Origin: Chrysochromulina tobinii
Taxonomy: Eukaryota
Length of the DNA stretch: 36,583 bases
NCBI GenBank assembly: GCA_001275005.1
Contig: JWZX01002721.1
Location: forward strand, 1-36,583
Direction of reading: 5' to 3'
Numbering within the stretch: the stretch's first letter is position 1; each line of letters starts with the position of its first letter. A program made the translations under genes and the position numbers. Shown piece by piece: positions 28,508 through 36,583 of the stretch. The notes below the pieces were generated by a model that saw only the letters and a program-made list of their open reading frames with translations, made no database searches and was not told the origin of the DNA.

Positions 28508-28561
28508 CGTCTCAAAGCTACCATCAAGGCTACCATGAGGCCTCACGGTAGCTTTGAGACG
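28508..28561. repeat. 15-bp perfect inverted repeat with a 24-nt spacer
   Basis: CGTCTCAAAGCTACC (28508-28522) and GGTAGCTTTGAGACG (28547-28561); the spacer contains the palindrome TGAGGCCTCA. Confidence 0.88.
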
Positions 28562-28808
28562 GAGTGTCAGTGTGGTGAGCGCGGGGGGGGCCGCGACATA
28601 ACTGACTGACTGACTGTTCATGGTAGATACCACCGCCGTCGGCCTCGTAGGCTCTTCGATGTACGACGAAAGCGGCTCGCCCATCGCCCATCTCCTTAGC
28701 AAAACTCCTTGCAGGCGCAAGATTCGTCACCATCCCTCGTATTTGCACACGCATGAATATGAATGAGAGCTGCCTGTTGCCGATCTCTTACGCGTGCGGC
28801 GCCCCTCC

Positions 28809-29759
28809 TCACTTCTGCCCCTTAGCCTGCTCGAGCCGCTCGCCCTTCGCACTCCAGAATATGCCATCGCCGCTGCTCGCGCTGAGCACCGTGGCGCGCA
28901 TCGCCATCTCGACATTGGCCGCGTCCGCATCGAGTTGCAGCTGGCCTAGGTTGACACGCTTGAGCTTCTTGCACGCCGCGAGCTCCTTGGGCAGCTTGGT
29001 CAGGTTCTTGTTCTCCTGCACGAAGAGCGTCTCGAGCCCTGCCGGCCACGTGCCGGAAGGCAGGCTTGCGAGATGCATCTCGTGCGCCTGCACGCCTATG
29101 AGCTCGTGGCACTCGAGCAGGCTCGAGGGCAGCGCCGTCAAGAGGTTGCCCCAGACGGAGAGGCGCGAGAGCTTGGGCGTCGCCTTGAAGTACGCGTCGT
29201 CCATCTTCGCGATCCGATTCTTGTGGATCTCGTAGATCGTGATCGGACAGCTGGCGCACAGCACCGGCATCTCCTCGAGATTGTTGCCGGAGATGCGGAG
29301 CTCCTCGAGCGCGACGAGCGGCGCCAGGCTACCCATGCGCACGAGGTTGTTGTCGTAGATGTTGAGCACCCTCACGCTGCTCCACATCAGGAAGTGCGCG
29401 TCTGTAGTCATCATTAGCTTATTTGCAGCAACATTCACCTCCTCCAGCACTGCGAGGCCGCCAATGTCGGCCGGCAGCTTTTTGAGCATGCAGTTGAAGG
29501 CGTTGAGGACCGTGAGGCTCTTGAGACCGCCAAGCACGCCGGCCGGCAGCTCTTTGAGCGGCTTGTTGCCGTAAAGGTCAAGTTGCGTGAGCGACTCCGA
29601 GCATTTATCAAAGAGACCGACGCCGAGCGTCGCGAGGCTGTTGCCGTTCAGATCGATGTGCTGCAGTCCGGCGCGAATCAAGGAGGCATCGATAGACCCC
29701 AGAGCCTTGCCGGAAAGATCGAGGGTCTCGTGCTCCGGAGCGGGACTATCGTCAGCCAT
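28809..29759 (-). CDS. Leucine-rich repeat protein (316 aa)
   Basis: Repeated LxxLxLxxNxL units (LQHIDLNGNSL, LTQLDLYGN, LEELRISGNNLEEMP, LSRLSVWGNLLTALP). Start at ATG 29759. Confidence 0.9.
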   Translation of the reverse strand: MADDSPAPEHETLDLSGKALGSIDASLIRAGLQHIDLNGNSLATLGVGLFDKCSESLTQLDLYGNKPLKELPAGVLGGLKSLTVLNAFNCMLKKLPADIGGLAVLEEVNVAANKLMMTTDAHFLMWSSVRVLNIYDNNLVRMGSLAPLVALEELRISGNNLEEMPVLCASCPITIYEIHKNRIAKMDDAYFKATPKLSRLSVWGNLLTALPSSLLECHELIGVQAHEMHLASLPSGTWPAGLETLFVQENKNLTKLPKELAACKKLKRVNLGQLQLDADAANVEMAMRATVLSASSGDGIFWSAKGERLEQAKGQK

Positions 29760-29896
29760 CGGATTGCACCGCGGCCCTGGAAGGCCTCCTAATTTTGGAA
29801 GGAATCGAATGTTATTTTCGTCGAATTCGGTCACTCAGCCGCCACTTCGCGAAGAAGTTTGGGGAGGTGACACAACGTCGTGTCTTACCGGTACAA

Positions 29897-29925
29897 GTGT
29901 GTCCCGGCTCCCCCCGGTGTCTTTT
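29897..29925 (-). repeat. 29-bp dispersed repeat, copy 2 (inverted relative to copy 1)
   Basis: GTGTGTCCCGGCTCCCCCCGGTGTCTTTT. Confidence 0.9.
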
Positions 29926-29989
29926 ATCTGTACAAGTTTGCGAACGAGCGGCACGGGGTCCATGGGGGTCCAACCACAGCGTAACTCCC

Positions 29990-31921
29990 ATGGACGGTCC
30001 ACTCCCATGCATGGGCGACGAGCGCACGCAGTATATGGCGGCACGCGCAGCGGCCACCACTTCTTTCAACGCCGGCCGATTCGACGAGGCGCGCGAGCGA
30101 TTTACTACCTTGATCGCCTTGGCCAAGTGTCCGCTGGAGCACATCGCCGCACTCAATAATCGTAGCTCAGCACACCTAAAGCTCGGGCTGAACGAGTCAG
30201 CCGTGAGCGATGCTGCCACCGCCGTTACGCTTTGCAAGCTCCACGCGTCGCCGACGCTCACGGTCAAGGCACATTATAGGCACGCTTGTGCCTTGTTGGC
30301 ATATGAGCGGCCATGCGAGGCATTGCTGGCAGTCGAGGAGGCTCTGCGCGAGGCCGAGGAGCCGCCGCCCTGTCAGCTGACCGAGCTGAGGGCTCGCTGC
30401 AGAATCGCACTTTCACGAATTCCAGTCTCAACCGATGCGCGCGTGCCTTCGAGCACGAGCGTAGCAGTGGCTTCGTCTTCGGCGATCTTCGACGACGAAG
30501 ACATCAGCGAGCATGGTCACCGAGCAGTCGAAGAGACTTTGCGGGCCGAGTGCGTAGCTAGCACCACGCCGAGCAAGATGCGTGCCATGTCTCGTCGGCC
30601 ACCTCAAGGACAGATGCGTGTCATGTCCCGCCGGCTGCCTTCTTCGCTCAGCACAGAGCGTCAGAACGAACCCGCCCCAGTACGAGCAGCGCCTGGAGTG
30701 CCCCTGACAGCGCCTGGAGCGCCCATCGCAGCGCCTGGAGTGCCCATCGCAGCGCCTGGAGTGCCCATCGCAGCGCCTGGAGTGCCCATCGCAGCGCCTG
30801 GAATGCCCATGGCAGCACAGCCCCCGTCAGAGCTGCATGCCGCCAGCCAGTGTGCCTCGGCTCCAGTTGGATGGCGTTCGTCATTCGGGAATCTCGGGGA
30901 ATTCCTTGCCTCAACTCCGAATAGACGGCGTTCGTGGCTGGTGTGGCCGATCGGCGCGTTGACCGCGTGGTGGCGTGCCATGCGCTCCTGGCCATCCCTG
31001 CTAGGGCAATCAAGGGAGATCGAGGGAGATCGCACCTCCTGGCCATCCCTGCTCCGGAGCTGGTGGCGACCAGACTCGCGACGGCAGACTCGCGACGGCA
31101 CAGGCGGTGCTCAGGACGGCGCGCAAGATCCGGCCGGTTCCGCGGTGTCTTCTACCCCGGTAGCCGCCCCAGCTAGTGGCATTGGCGCACCACATCCGTT
31201 CACACCTCCGTTTGGCCGACTGGCAGCCGACGAGCTCTACGCGTGCCTCGAACCCCTGGGGCTGCTCGATCTTGTCACGGCCAAGTGCGTGAGTCACGCC
31301 TGCGCTCAGGCGGCGCGGCGCGTGCTCTCGGCGCGTTCAGAAGCTCGATTGCTGCCGGGGACGTACGTATTCTCGACACGCCGACGGGCGGTCCACCCAG
31401 ATGCGATGTGGGACGAGGATACCGTGTACATCGAGGGCGAGGGCACCATGACGCTGCACGAGAGCCGCGTGGGCGGGTGGGCGGGTGGGCAGCCCGACGA
31501 GAGTGGCTTATTGATCGGCCAGCTCGAAGAGCGCGTGTGCACGGGCGTCGGTGCACCCAGTACGGCGCCTGCCACTGTGGCTCGGGGCGTGCGTTCCCGT
31601 GATGACTCGGGGGTTGAGGAGCAGCTGGTTGGCGATTGGCGGCCCGACGGGCGCCTCCGCCTCGCGCTCGGACTGCGGCTGCGCCCGCCCCAGCGCCGGG
31701 GCCTGGGATTTATGCTCACGCTGCAACAGGCAGACGTAAGCGCGACCAGCCAAATTTGGCGCTTCACAGGAAGTGGGGCGGGGTACCTTGCGGCCCGTGC
31801 GCCAACTGAGGTCTACTACTCATGGAGGGGCGGGCAGAAACTAGTCCACGCGAGCACGTTGTCTGAGGCGGACGAAGAGGGCGGTGAGGTGATCCTCGAA
31901 TGTCGCCTGCTGTACTCGTGA
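29990..31921 (+). CDS. TPR-repeat protein with an F-box-like motif
   Basis: TPR motifs: FNAGRFDEARERFT, ALNNRSSAHLKLG..AVSDA, KAHYRHACALL. F-box-like motif: LAADELYACLEPLGLLDLVTAKCVSHAC. Start at 29990 or 30011. Confidence 0.72.
   Translation: MDGPLPCMGDERTQYMAARAAATTSFNAGRFDEARERFTTLIALAKCPLEHIAALNNRSSAHLKLGLNESAVSDAATAVTLCKLHASPTLTVKAHYRHACALLAYERPCEALLAVEEALREAEEPPPCQLTELRARCRIALSRIPVSTDARVPSSTSVAVASSSAIFDDEDISEHGHRAVEETLRAECVASTTPSKMRAMSRRPPQGQMRVMSRRLPSSLSTERQNEPAPVRAAPGVPLTAPGAPIAAPGVPIAAPGVPIAAPGVPIAAPGMPMAAQPPSELHAASQCASAPVGWRSSFGNLGEFLASTPNRRRSWLVWPIGALTAWWRAMRSWPSLLGQSREIEGDRTSWPSLLRSWWRPDSRRQTRDGTGGAQDGAQDPAGSAVSSTPVAAPASGIGAPHPFTPPFGRLAADELYACLEPLGLLDLVTAKCVSHACAQAARRVLSARSEARLLPGTYVFSTRRRAVHPDAMWDEDTVYIEGEGTMTLHESRVGGWAGGQPDESGLLIGQLEERVCTGVGAPSTAPATVARGVRSRDDSGVEEQLVGDWRPDGRLRLALGLRLRPPQRRGLGFMLTLQQADVSATSQIWRFTGSGAGYLAARAPTEVYYSWRGGQKLVHASTLSEADEEGGEVILECRLLYS
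30686..30811 (+). repeat. 21-bp coding minisatellite x6 encoding AAPGVPI-like heptads
   Basis: Consensus GCAGCGCCTGGAGTGCCCATC. Confidence 0.92.
30985..31053 (-). mobile_element. Intron-like decamer insertion with an 18-bp flanking duplication, antisense to the host ORF
   Basis: CTCCTGGCCATCCCTGCT occurs at 30985-31002 and 31036-31053. The minus strand reads AG|GTG CGATCTCCCT CGATCTCCCT TGATTGCCCT AG... Confidence 0.5.
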
Positions 31922-32388
31922 GTCAGAACTCACTCACATCTGGTCTCCCAGGCGCAGTCGCCTGCCTCCTGCGCTTTGTGCGCTCGACCGGCCCGCGCGC
32001 CGCACCACGGCAGGCACAGCGTGTAGCAGTACAAGTAGAGTGAGAAGCCAGAGAGGGCAGAGTTGTACAGGATAGGGCTGCGGAAACGTGAATGCCAACC
32101 GAGCGGGACCCAACGGGGTACTGGCCGAGTAAGTACAAGTACGACTTCTACAAAACTACATTCGCGGTACGGCGTACGGGTTGGAACGGGTACGGGGGTC
32201 GGGTTCGCGACACGGCGCGGGACAACCCGCGCTAGCTCGCCTCGGCCCTACGCGGCGCGCCGGTGCTACCAGCGGATAACCTATGCAATCCCAATCGACC
32301 CATGCCGACATTACAACCGTTAGCGATGACGACTACATGTCGCAGTCGACGACGACTGACGATTACCATTACGCGGACCCACATGCGC

Positions 32389-33728
32389 TCACTTGCCCTG
32401 TTCGTTGGGTGGGGTTGCGGCCGTGAAGCAAGCAAGGGCGTGCATCGCAATCGAGCACCCCGCGGTGAATGGCACCGCCATTGCGTTGGGGTAGCACAGC
32501 TTGAGGCCTCGCCCCGGAAGGCCGCCACCATCCACACCGAGCAGCTTGAGGAAGACGAGAAACAGATGAGAGCCCGTCCCGATCGCGAGCCCCTTGCGCA
32601 ACGTGACGAATGTGGATGCGCTCGACCGCCCGCGCTCAGCGGCGTCCTTGAGCACATACGCCACCACAGCCGCGAGCCACATCTGTGAACAAAGGTTGCG
32701 CTCCCCGCAGCGTGAGCCGCGGGAAAGGGGCAGACCAGAGCGCCTACGAGTCCACCGGGTCCAGCGTACCCAGCCGGAGTTATCAGAGGTCATCAGCGTA
32801 CCCAGCCGGAGATATCAGAGGTCATCAGAGGTCATCAGCGTACCCAGCCGGAGTAGGCGCGGCTCATGCGCTCGCCGAGGAATGCGGGCACGGTGGCCAG
32901 CGGGAAGGATGAGACGACTGGCAACACGGCAAACCAGGTAAAGAGCGCAGCGCAGAGAGCGTATTCGGCGCGGCCATCACGCCCCGCGCCTCCATCCGGA
33001 CTGTCGGACACCTCTTTTGGAAAGATCGAAGCTATCGATCCGCTCAGGCCGCGGACGATGCGTGGAACGTAGTGTCCCGAGGTCGTCGGTTCGACGGTCC
33101 GCACCCAGACACCGGTGCACAGAATGGCCGTCAGGCCATGTGCGGCAGTCGCCAACAGCTTGAGCGCCGTCGGGTACAAATCGTACCCGCATGCAAAAGC
33201 TGGCATGTTGATCGACGCCGCAGCCATCCATACTGAGGCGAGCGCAAGCCCTAGGTTGAGTCGCCGATACGTCGCAGACTGGAGACGATGCCAGCCCACA
33301 AGCGCTGCCGACCTCAAGGCCACAGTCACGGCAACGCACATTGGAAGCGGCATCGCAAGCGCTTGAGCGATCGTGAGCACATTGTGGCGCAGGCCACAAG
33401 CGGCGGCGACGTTCGGGTGCGACGAGAGCGCGACGAGCGAACAACTATGAGGAGGCGAACACTCAAAGTCAGGAGGTAGAGCACAGCTCAGGATTCGGAG
33501 CTGGAGTTCGAGAGCGGCGTACGCAGTCCACCCCACACTGGTTGCAAGGCCCGCTGCTGAATAGGCCATCGCAACCCGTGGCAACGGAGCCTTATCTTCC
33601 ATGACGATGCGAGAATTCTTCAGCATAGGGTGGTGTGCGACACATTTAACCGAAGACGATGTCCATCGAGACTTGACGTGGAAGCCGGACACGCTCATCA
33701 GGACGAGCGGGATGAGAGAGCGAGACAT
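32389..33728 (-). CDS. Putative plastid-targeted multi-pass membrane protein of unknown function; exons 33728-33523, 33444-32844, 32682-32389
   Basis: Signal-like MSRSLIPLVLMSVSG-F, several hydrophobic helices, and an internally repeated motif (RLQSATYRRLNLGL / RSSASTFVTLRKGL). Introns GTACGC..CATAG (78 nt, in frame) and GTACGC..CACAG (161 nt). Confidence 0.75.
32683..32843 (-). other. 161-nt intron with a triplicated donor site and CTCTGATGAC-type decamers
   Basis: CTCCGGCTGG|GTACGCTG appears at 32836-32853, 32794-32811 and 32762-32779; splicing gives YSGW/MWLAAVV. Confidence 0.78.
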
Positions 33729-34277
33729 GTTCGAGTCGCTTTATGAATATTGTTGCTGTCGGCCGGGCGGGCCCGCGAGGGATCGCCCGAGGATGAAGGA
33801 GGGAGATTTTGAGAGCCGAAACCTCCTTTCCACAGGGAACACTTGGAAAAATGGGGGGCTTGCAGTACGGGTACAGAACCCTGGAGGCGCTGCGCTCGCT
33901 TTTACAGGGTCCCCAGGATTTCATCTAAGCTTGACCACTTATGACGGGAAAATGGTGCCGTGCATGCATCTTCCACTATCGTGCCTCCCGATGCAAAGAC
34001 AAGGCCGTTGACACCGGTTTCTAACGAGCGGCGATGCCGCCGGCGGCAGCTGTGCCAGTGACTGTCGCGACCTGCTCTGGGTAGAGCGTGGCGCCGGCGG
34101 GGAATCGGAGGAGGAACAGGCTGGCTGCCTACAGTGCGTCAAGCTATCGAACCCCATTCTCCGCAGCGGCCACGGCCATCTGTGGGGCAGCCTCGAGCTC
34201 GGCGCCGCGACAACTGGCCGCTTGGTCGACCGTGCACAGGGCAACATCAATCGCGTGCATCTTCCAATGAACCACAA

Positions 34278-35396
34278 TCAACCACTACGTTGCTGTGCGC
34301 GGGCCATGAGGTCGGCCCGTTCGAAGCAGTCTGCGGTCGGCACTCCTCTCGCAAGCAGGTACGCCTTGAGACGAGCGGTAGACATAGCTTCAAGCTCCAT
34401 TGGGGACGCCTCTGATTGACCAGCACGCTCTGCAGCTGGGCCTGCCGCCGCCGCCGCTCCTGGCGCTGTCTCCTCGGTGCTGATCACCGACTGCAGAAAG
34501 GCGCGAATGTCCCTCACCTCCTGATCGCACGTCGCGTGCCCCATGCCCGCGTACGACCGGAACTTGACCTGCGCCCTCGGAGCGAGGCGCTGCACACTCG
34601 TAACGACGCGCCGGCCCTCGCTCAGCGGCACCACATTGTCAGCCTCGCCGTGCGCCACCAACACACGAAGGGCCTGATTGGCTTTTGCGAGTGTCGCCGT
34701 CTCGTCGCCGAAGAAGGTCGAGAGAGCGAGCACGCCACCGAGTGTGCCGCCTTCGAAGCTGAGTGCAGCTCTGGTGGCAATCAGGCCACCCTGCGAGAAG
34801 CCGCCAAGCACGATGCGCTCGCACGGCACACCTCGCGCCATCTCACGATGAATCAGAGAATGGATGTAGTCGACGGATGGCTGAACGTCTGAGGGATCCG
34901 CTCGCATCATCCTGCCGGCTGCTGCTGCAGGCGACCCAGGGGAGTCGACGCGTAGCCACGAGGAGATGGCAAACCCACCGAGCTGCTGCGATGGCGCCGA
35001 GGGAAACACGACGCGCAAACCGTCCATTTGAATCAGAGGCCCACCCAATGAGGAGATGAAGCCGCTGCCCGTGTCCCCAAAGCCGTGGAGAAGAATGAGA
35101 CAGGCGGCCTCCGCCGAGCTCGAGCCTTGTTCGATAGGCTCGGGCCCACTCCACGGGGCTGAGGGTGGTGGACTCTCGAGGAGCTCTCGATACATGACGG
35201 CACGCTCCACCAATGAAGCCTTGTCCAAGCATCCTTCCGTGCTGATGCTGCGAGCCTTGAGGAGTGCCTTGAGCGAGCTGGCCCTCATACCTTCAAAGTC
35301 GAGAGACATGACAATCGGCAACGACGGGCCGGCTCGGGCGATGATGGCGGGCGCGAGAGTAGTGAAGCCGGAGCTCATGACCCAGGCCGCGAGCAT
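34278..35396 (-). CDS. Acyl-protein thioesterase/phospholipase-carboxylesterase (Abhydrolase_2) flanked by two SAP/ARMET-C-like mini-domains
   Basis: LILLHGFGDTG, VVFPSAP, RIVLGGFSQGG (nucleophile), VAHGEADNVVP and YAGMGH. Confidence 0.9.
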   Translation of the reverse strand: MLAAWVMSSGFTTLAPAIIARAGPSLPIVMSLDFEGMRASSLKALLKARSISTEGCLDKASLVERAVMYRELLESPPPSAPWSGPEPIEQGSSSAEAACLILLHGFGDTGSGFISSLGGPLIQMDGLRVVFPSAPSQQLGGFAISSWLRVDSPGSPAAAAGRMMRADPSDVQPSVDYIHSLIHREMARGVPCERIVLGGFSQGGLIATRAALSFEGGTLGGVLALSTFFGDETATLAKANQALRVLVAHGEADNVVPLSEGRRVVTSVQRLAPRAQVKFRSYAGMGHATCDQEVRDIRAFLQSVISTEETAPGAAAAAGPAAERAGQSEASPMELEAMSTARLKAYLLARGVPTADCFERADLMARAQQRSG

Positions 35397-36192
35397 TCGA
35401 CCCAGACCTTCGTGTGCGTGTGAACGTTAACACGACAGACGCGACAACCGGTGCGTGTGAACACGCGACAACCGATGGCAAAGGAACTCTCCCCTGTCCG
35501 AAACGAACTCCCACGGAAAACACACGACAAAACCAAAAAATCTCAAAAAAACTCTCGACCTCGGCGTCTCGCTGCAGGGTACCACCTTTCAAAGCGGATT
35601 CGGGCAGCCCGAATCGCTGCAGGAACGACGTCGCGTTCGTTTCGGGAATCGGACTCTTCCTTTAATACTGCCCGCTCAGTGTGTGTGTAGACTTCAAGTC
35701 TTGTCTCATGAATTTGAATCGACGGGACGCCGTTTCGACCCTCGCAGAGGCTCTGCACACTGCAGAGCCTCGCTCGCTGGGCTTTCCACAGGAAAATTGG
35801 TCAGCAAATTCGAGTCAGAGAATACCAAGAAAGGGAGTATTTCAGTTTGGGAGCCCAATTGCGAATTGGTGGTGCTCCGCTCGGCTCGTCGGAGGACGTC
35901 GCCACACCCGCCCGTCGCGCGCACGTCCACGTGGGCACTGGTAAACGTTCGGTTAAGTAAACCGAACCCGAACGTCGCCGTCGGCGAACTGAATCGCATC
36001 CGCAATCTGACCAGAGACCCAAAACAAAACAGAGCATAGACTTGCTCTTGAAGCACAGGTGGAGGGTATACGGGAATACGGCGTTGGGTCCAAGATCGTT
36101 AACTTGAGCGTCCTCTTCCACAGCTCTCCCCGTCGCTCCGCGCCTCTGAGGGAGGCTCTCTTTGGCGTTTTCATCTACTGGGGGCGGCCGCC

Positions 36193-36582
36193 TCACAGCA
36201 CGACGCAATGATCGGGCCCACGCACGGAGCCCGAGCGCAGTCGGCTGCCCGCAGCACGGCCAGTCCCCGTCGCACCGAAGCTGCCGTGTGAAAAGCTCGC
36301 TGTGGAAGTACTCGCCTGTGAGCTCGGCGAAGCTCGGGGGCTTGGGCGGCGACGGCTGCTGCTGATGACGGCGCGGCCGGTGCCGTTGCTGCTGCTGCTG
36401 CTGCTGCCAGCGGTGCCGGCGGTGCGTGCAGCGGCCGGTGCCGTTGCACTCGTGCGCCTCACCATCGACGGCAGCAGGCTGCGCAGCCCGCGCGCCGGGC
36501 GAGCGGCGGGCGGCGGCGGCGAGTGCGGCGTGGGATGGGCGCGTGCGGGCTCGGCGCGCCCGGCAGCGGCGGCGGCGGCGAC
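36193..36582 (-). CDS. 3' end of a gene entering from the right edge; low-complexity tail ending in a CaaX box (CVVL*)
   Basis: The frame is open from the window edge to TGA at 36193 with an Ala/Ser/Pro-rich tail ending ..GPDHCVVL. Confidence 0.5.
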   Translation of the reverse strand, partial: VAAAAAAGRAEPARAHPTPHSPPPPAARPARGLRSLLPSMVRRTSATAPAAARTAGTAGSSSSSSNGTGRAVISSSRRRPSPRASPSSQASTSTASFSHGSFGATGTGRAAGSRLRSGSVRGPDHCVVL

Positions 36583-36583
36583 G

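Noticed and set aside
32762..32853. Three 18-bp repeats with spacers, superficially like a CRISPR array
   Set aside because: The context is eukaryotic with no cas genes, the spacers are themselves repeats, and the unit is a splice donor.
33770..34277. Possible plus-strand coding fragment between the membrane-protein and thioesterase genes
   Set aside because: Short interrupted frames, no recognisable motif and no convincing splice model.
35801..36583. Alternative minus-strand frame open from the edge to 35801
   Set aside because: Arg-rich and running into AT-richer intergenic-like sequence; the CaaX-ending frame is more plausible, though not proven.
1..36583. Autonomous transposase/reverse transcriptase, tRNA or rRNA genes
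   Set aside because: None was recognisable by eye; any enzyme mobilising the intron-like elements is not encoded in this window.

Overview
This is GC-rich, gene-dense eukaryotic DNA with spliceosomal GT-AG introns and plastid-type signal peptides. It is most consistent with a haptophyte microalga (Chrysochromulina-like), which is an inference. About 16 protein-coding genes are supported: a SPAG17/PF6-like flagellar gene (5' part), a dihydroorotate dehydrogenase-family enzyme, a tandem-duplicated glycoside-hydrolase-like protein, a DNL zinc-finger protein, a Gly-rich hypothetical, a JmjC/cupin oxygenase, a 10-exon SAM-domain Cys-less pentameric ligand-gated ion channel, an IQ-like/coiled-coil protein, a TRM1-beta-helix fusion, an HMG-box/bromodomain protein, a two-pore K+ channel, an LRR protein, a TPR/F-box-like protein, a putative plastid membrane protein, an acyl-protein thioesterase-like hydrolase, and the 3' end of a CaaX-terminated gene. 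The most striking signal is a family of short introns built from ~10-bp TGAT-containing tandem repeats. Many are flanked by duplicated exon sequence or share homologous ends, and one copy appears to be inserted antisense and in frame in a coding exon. Together these suggest a recently active intron-generating (introner-like) process. Exon structures were deduced by hand from splice consensus and frame continuity, with no transcript evidence.
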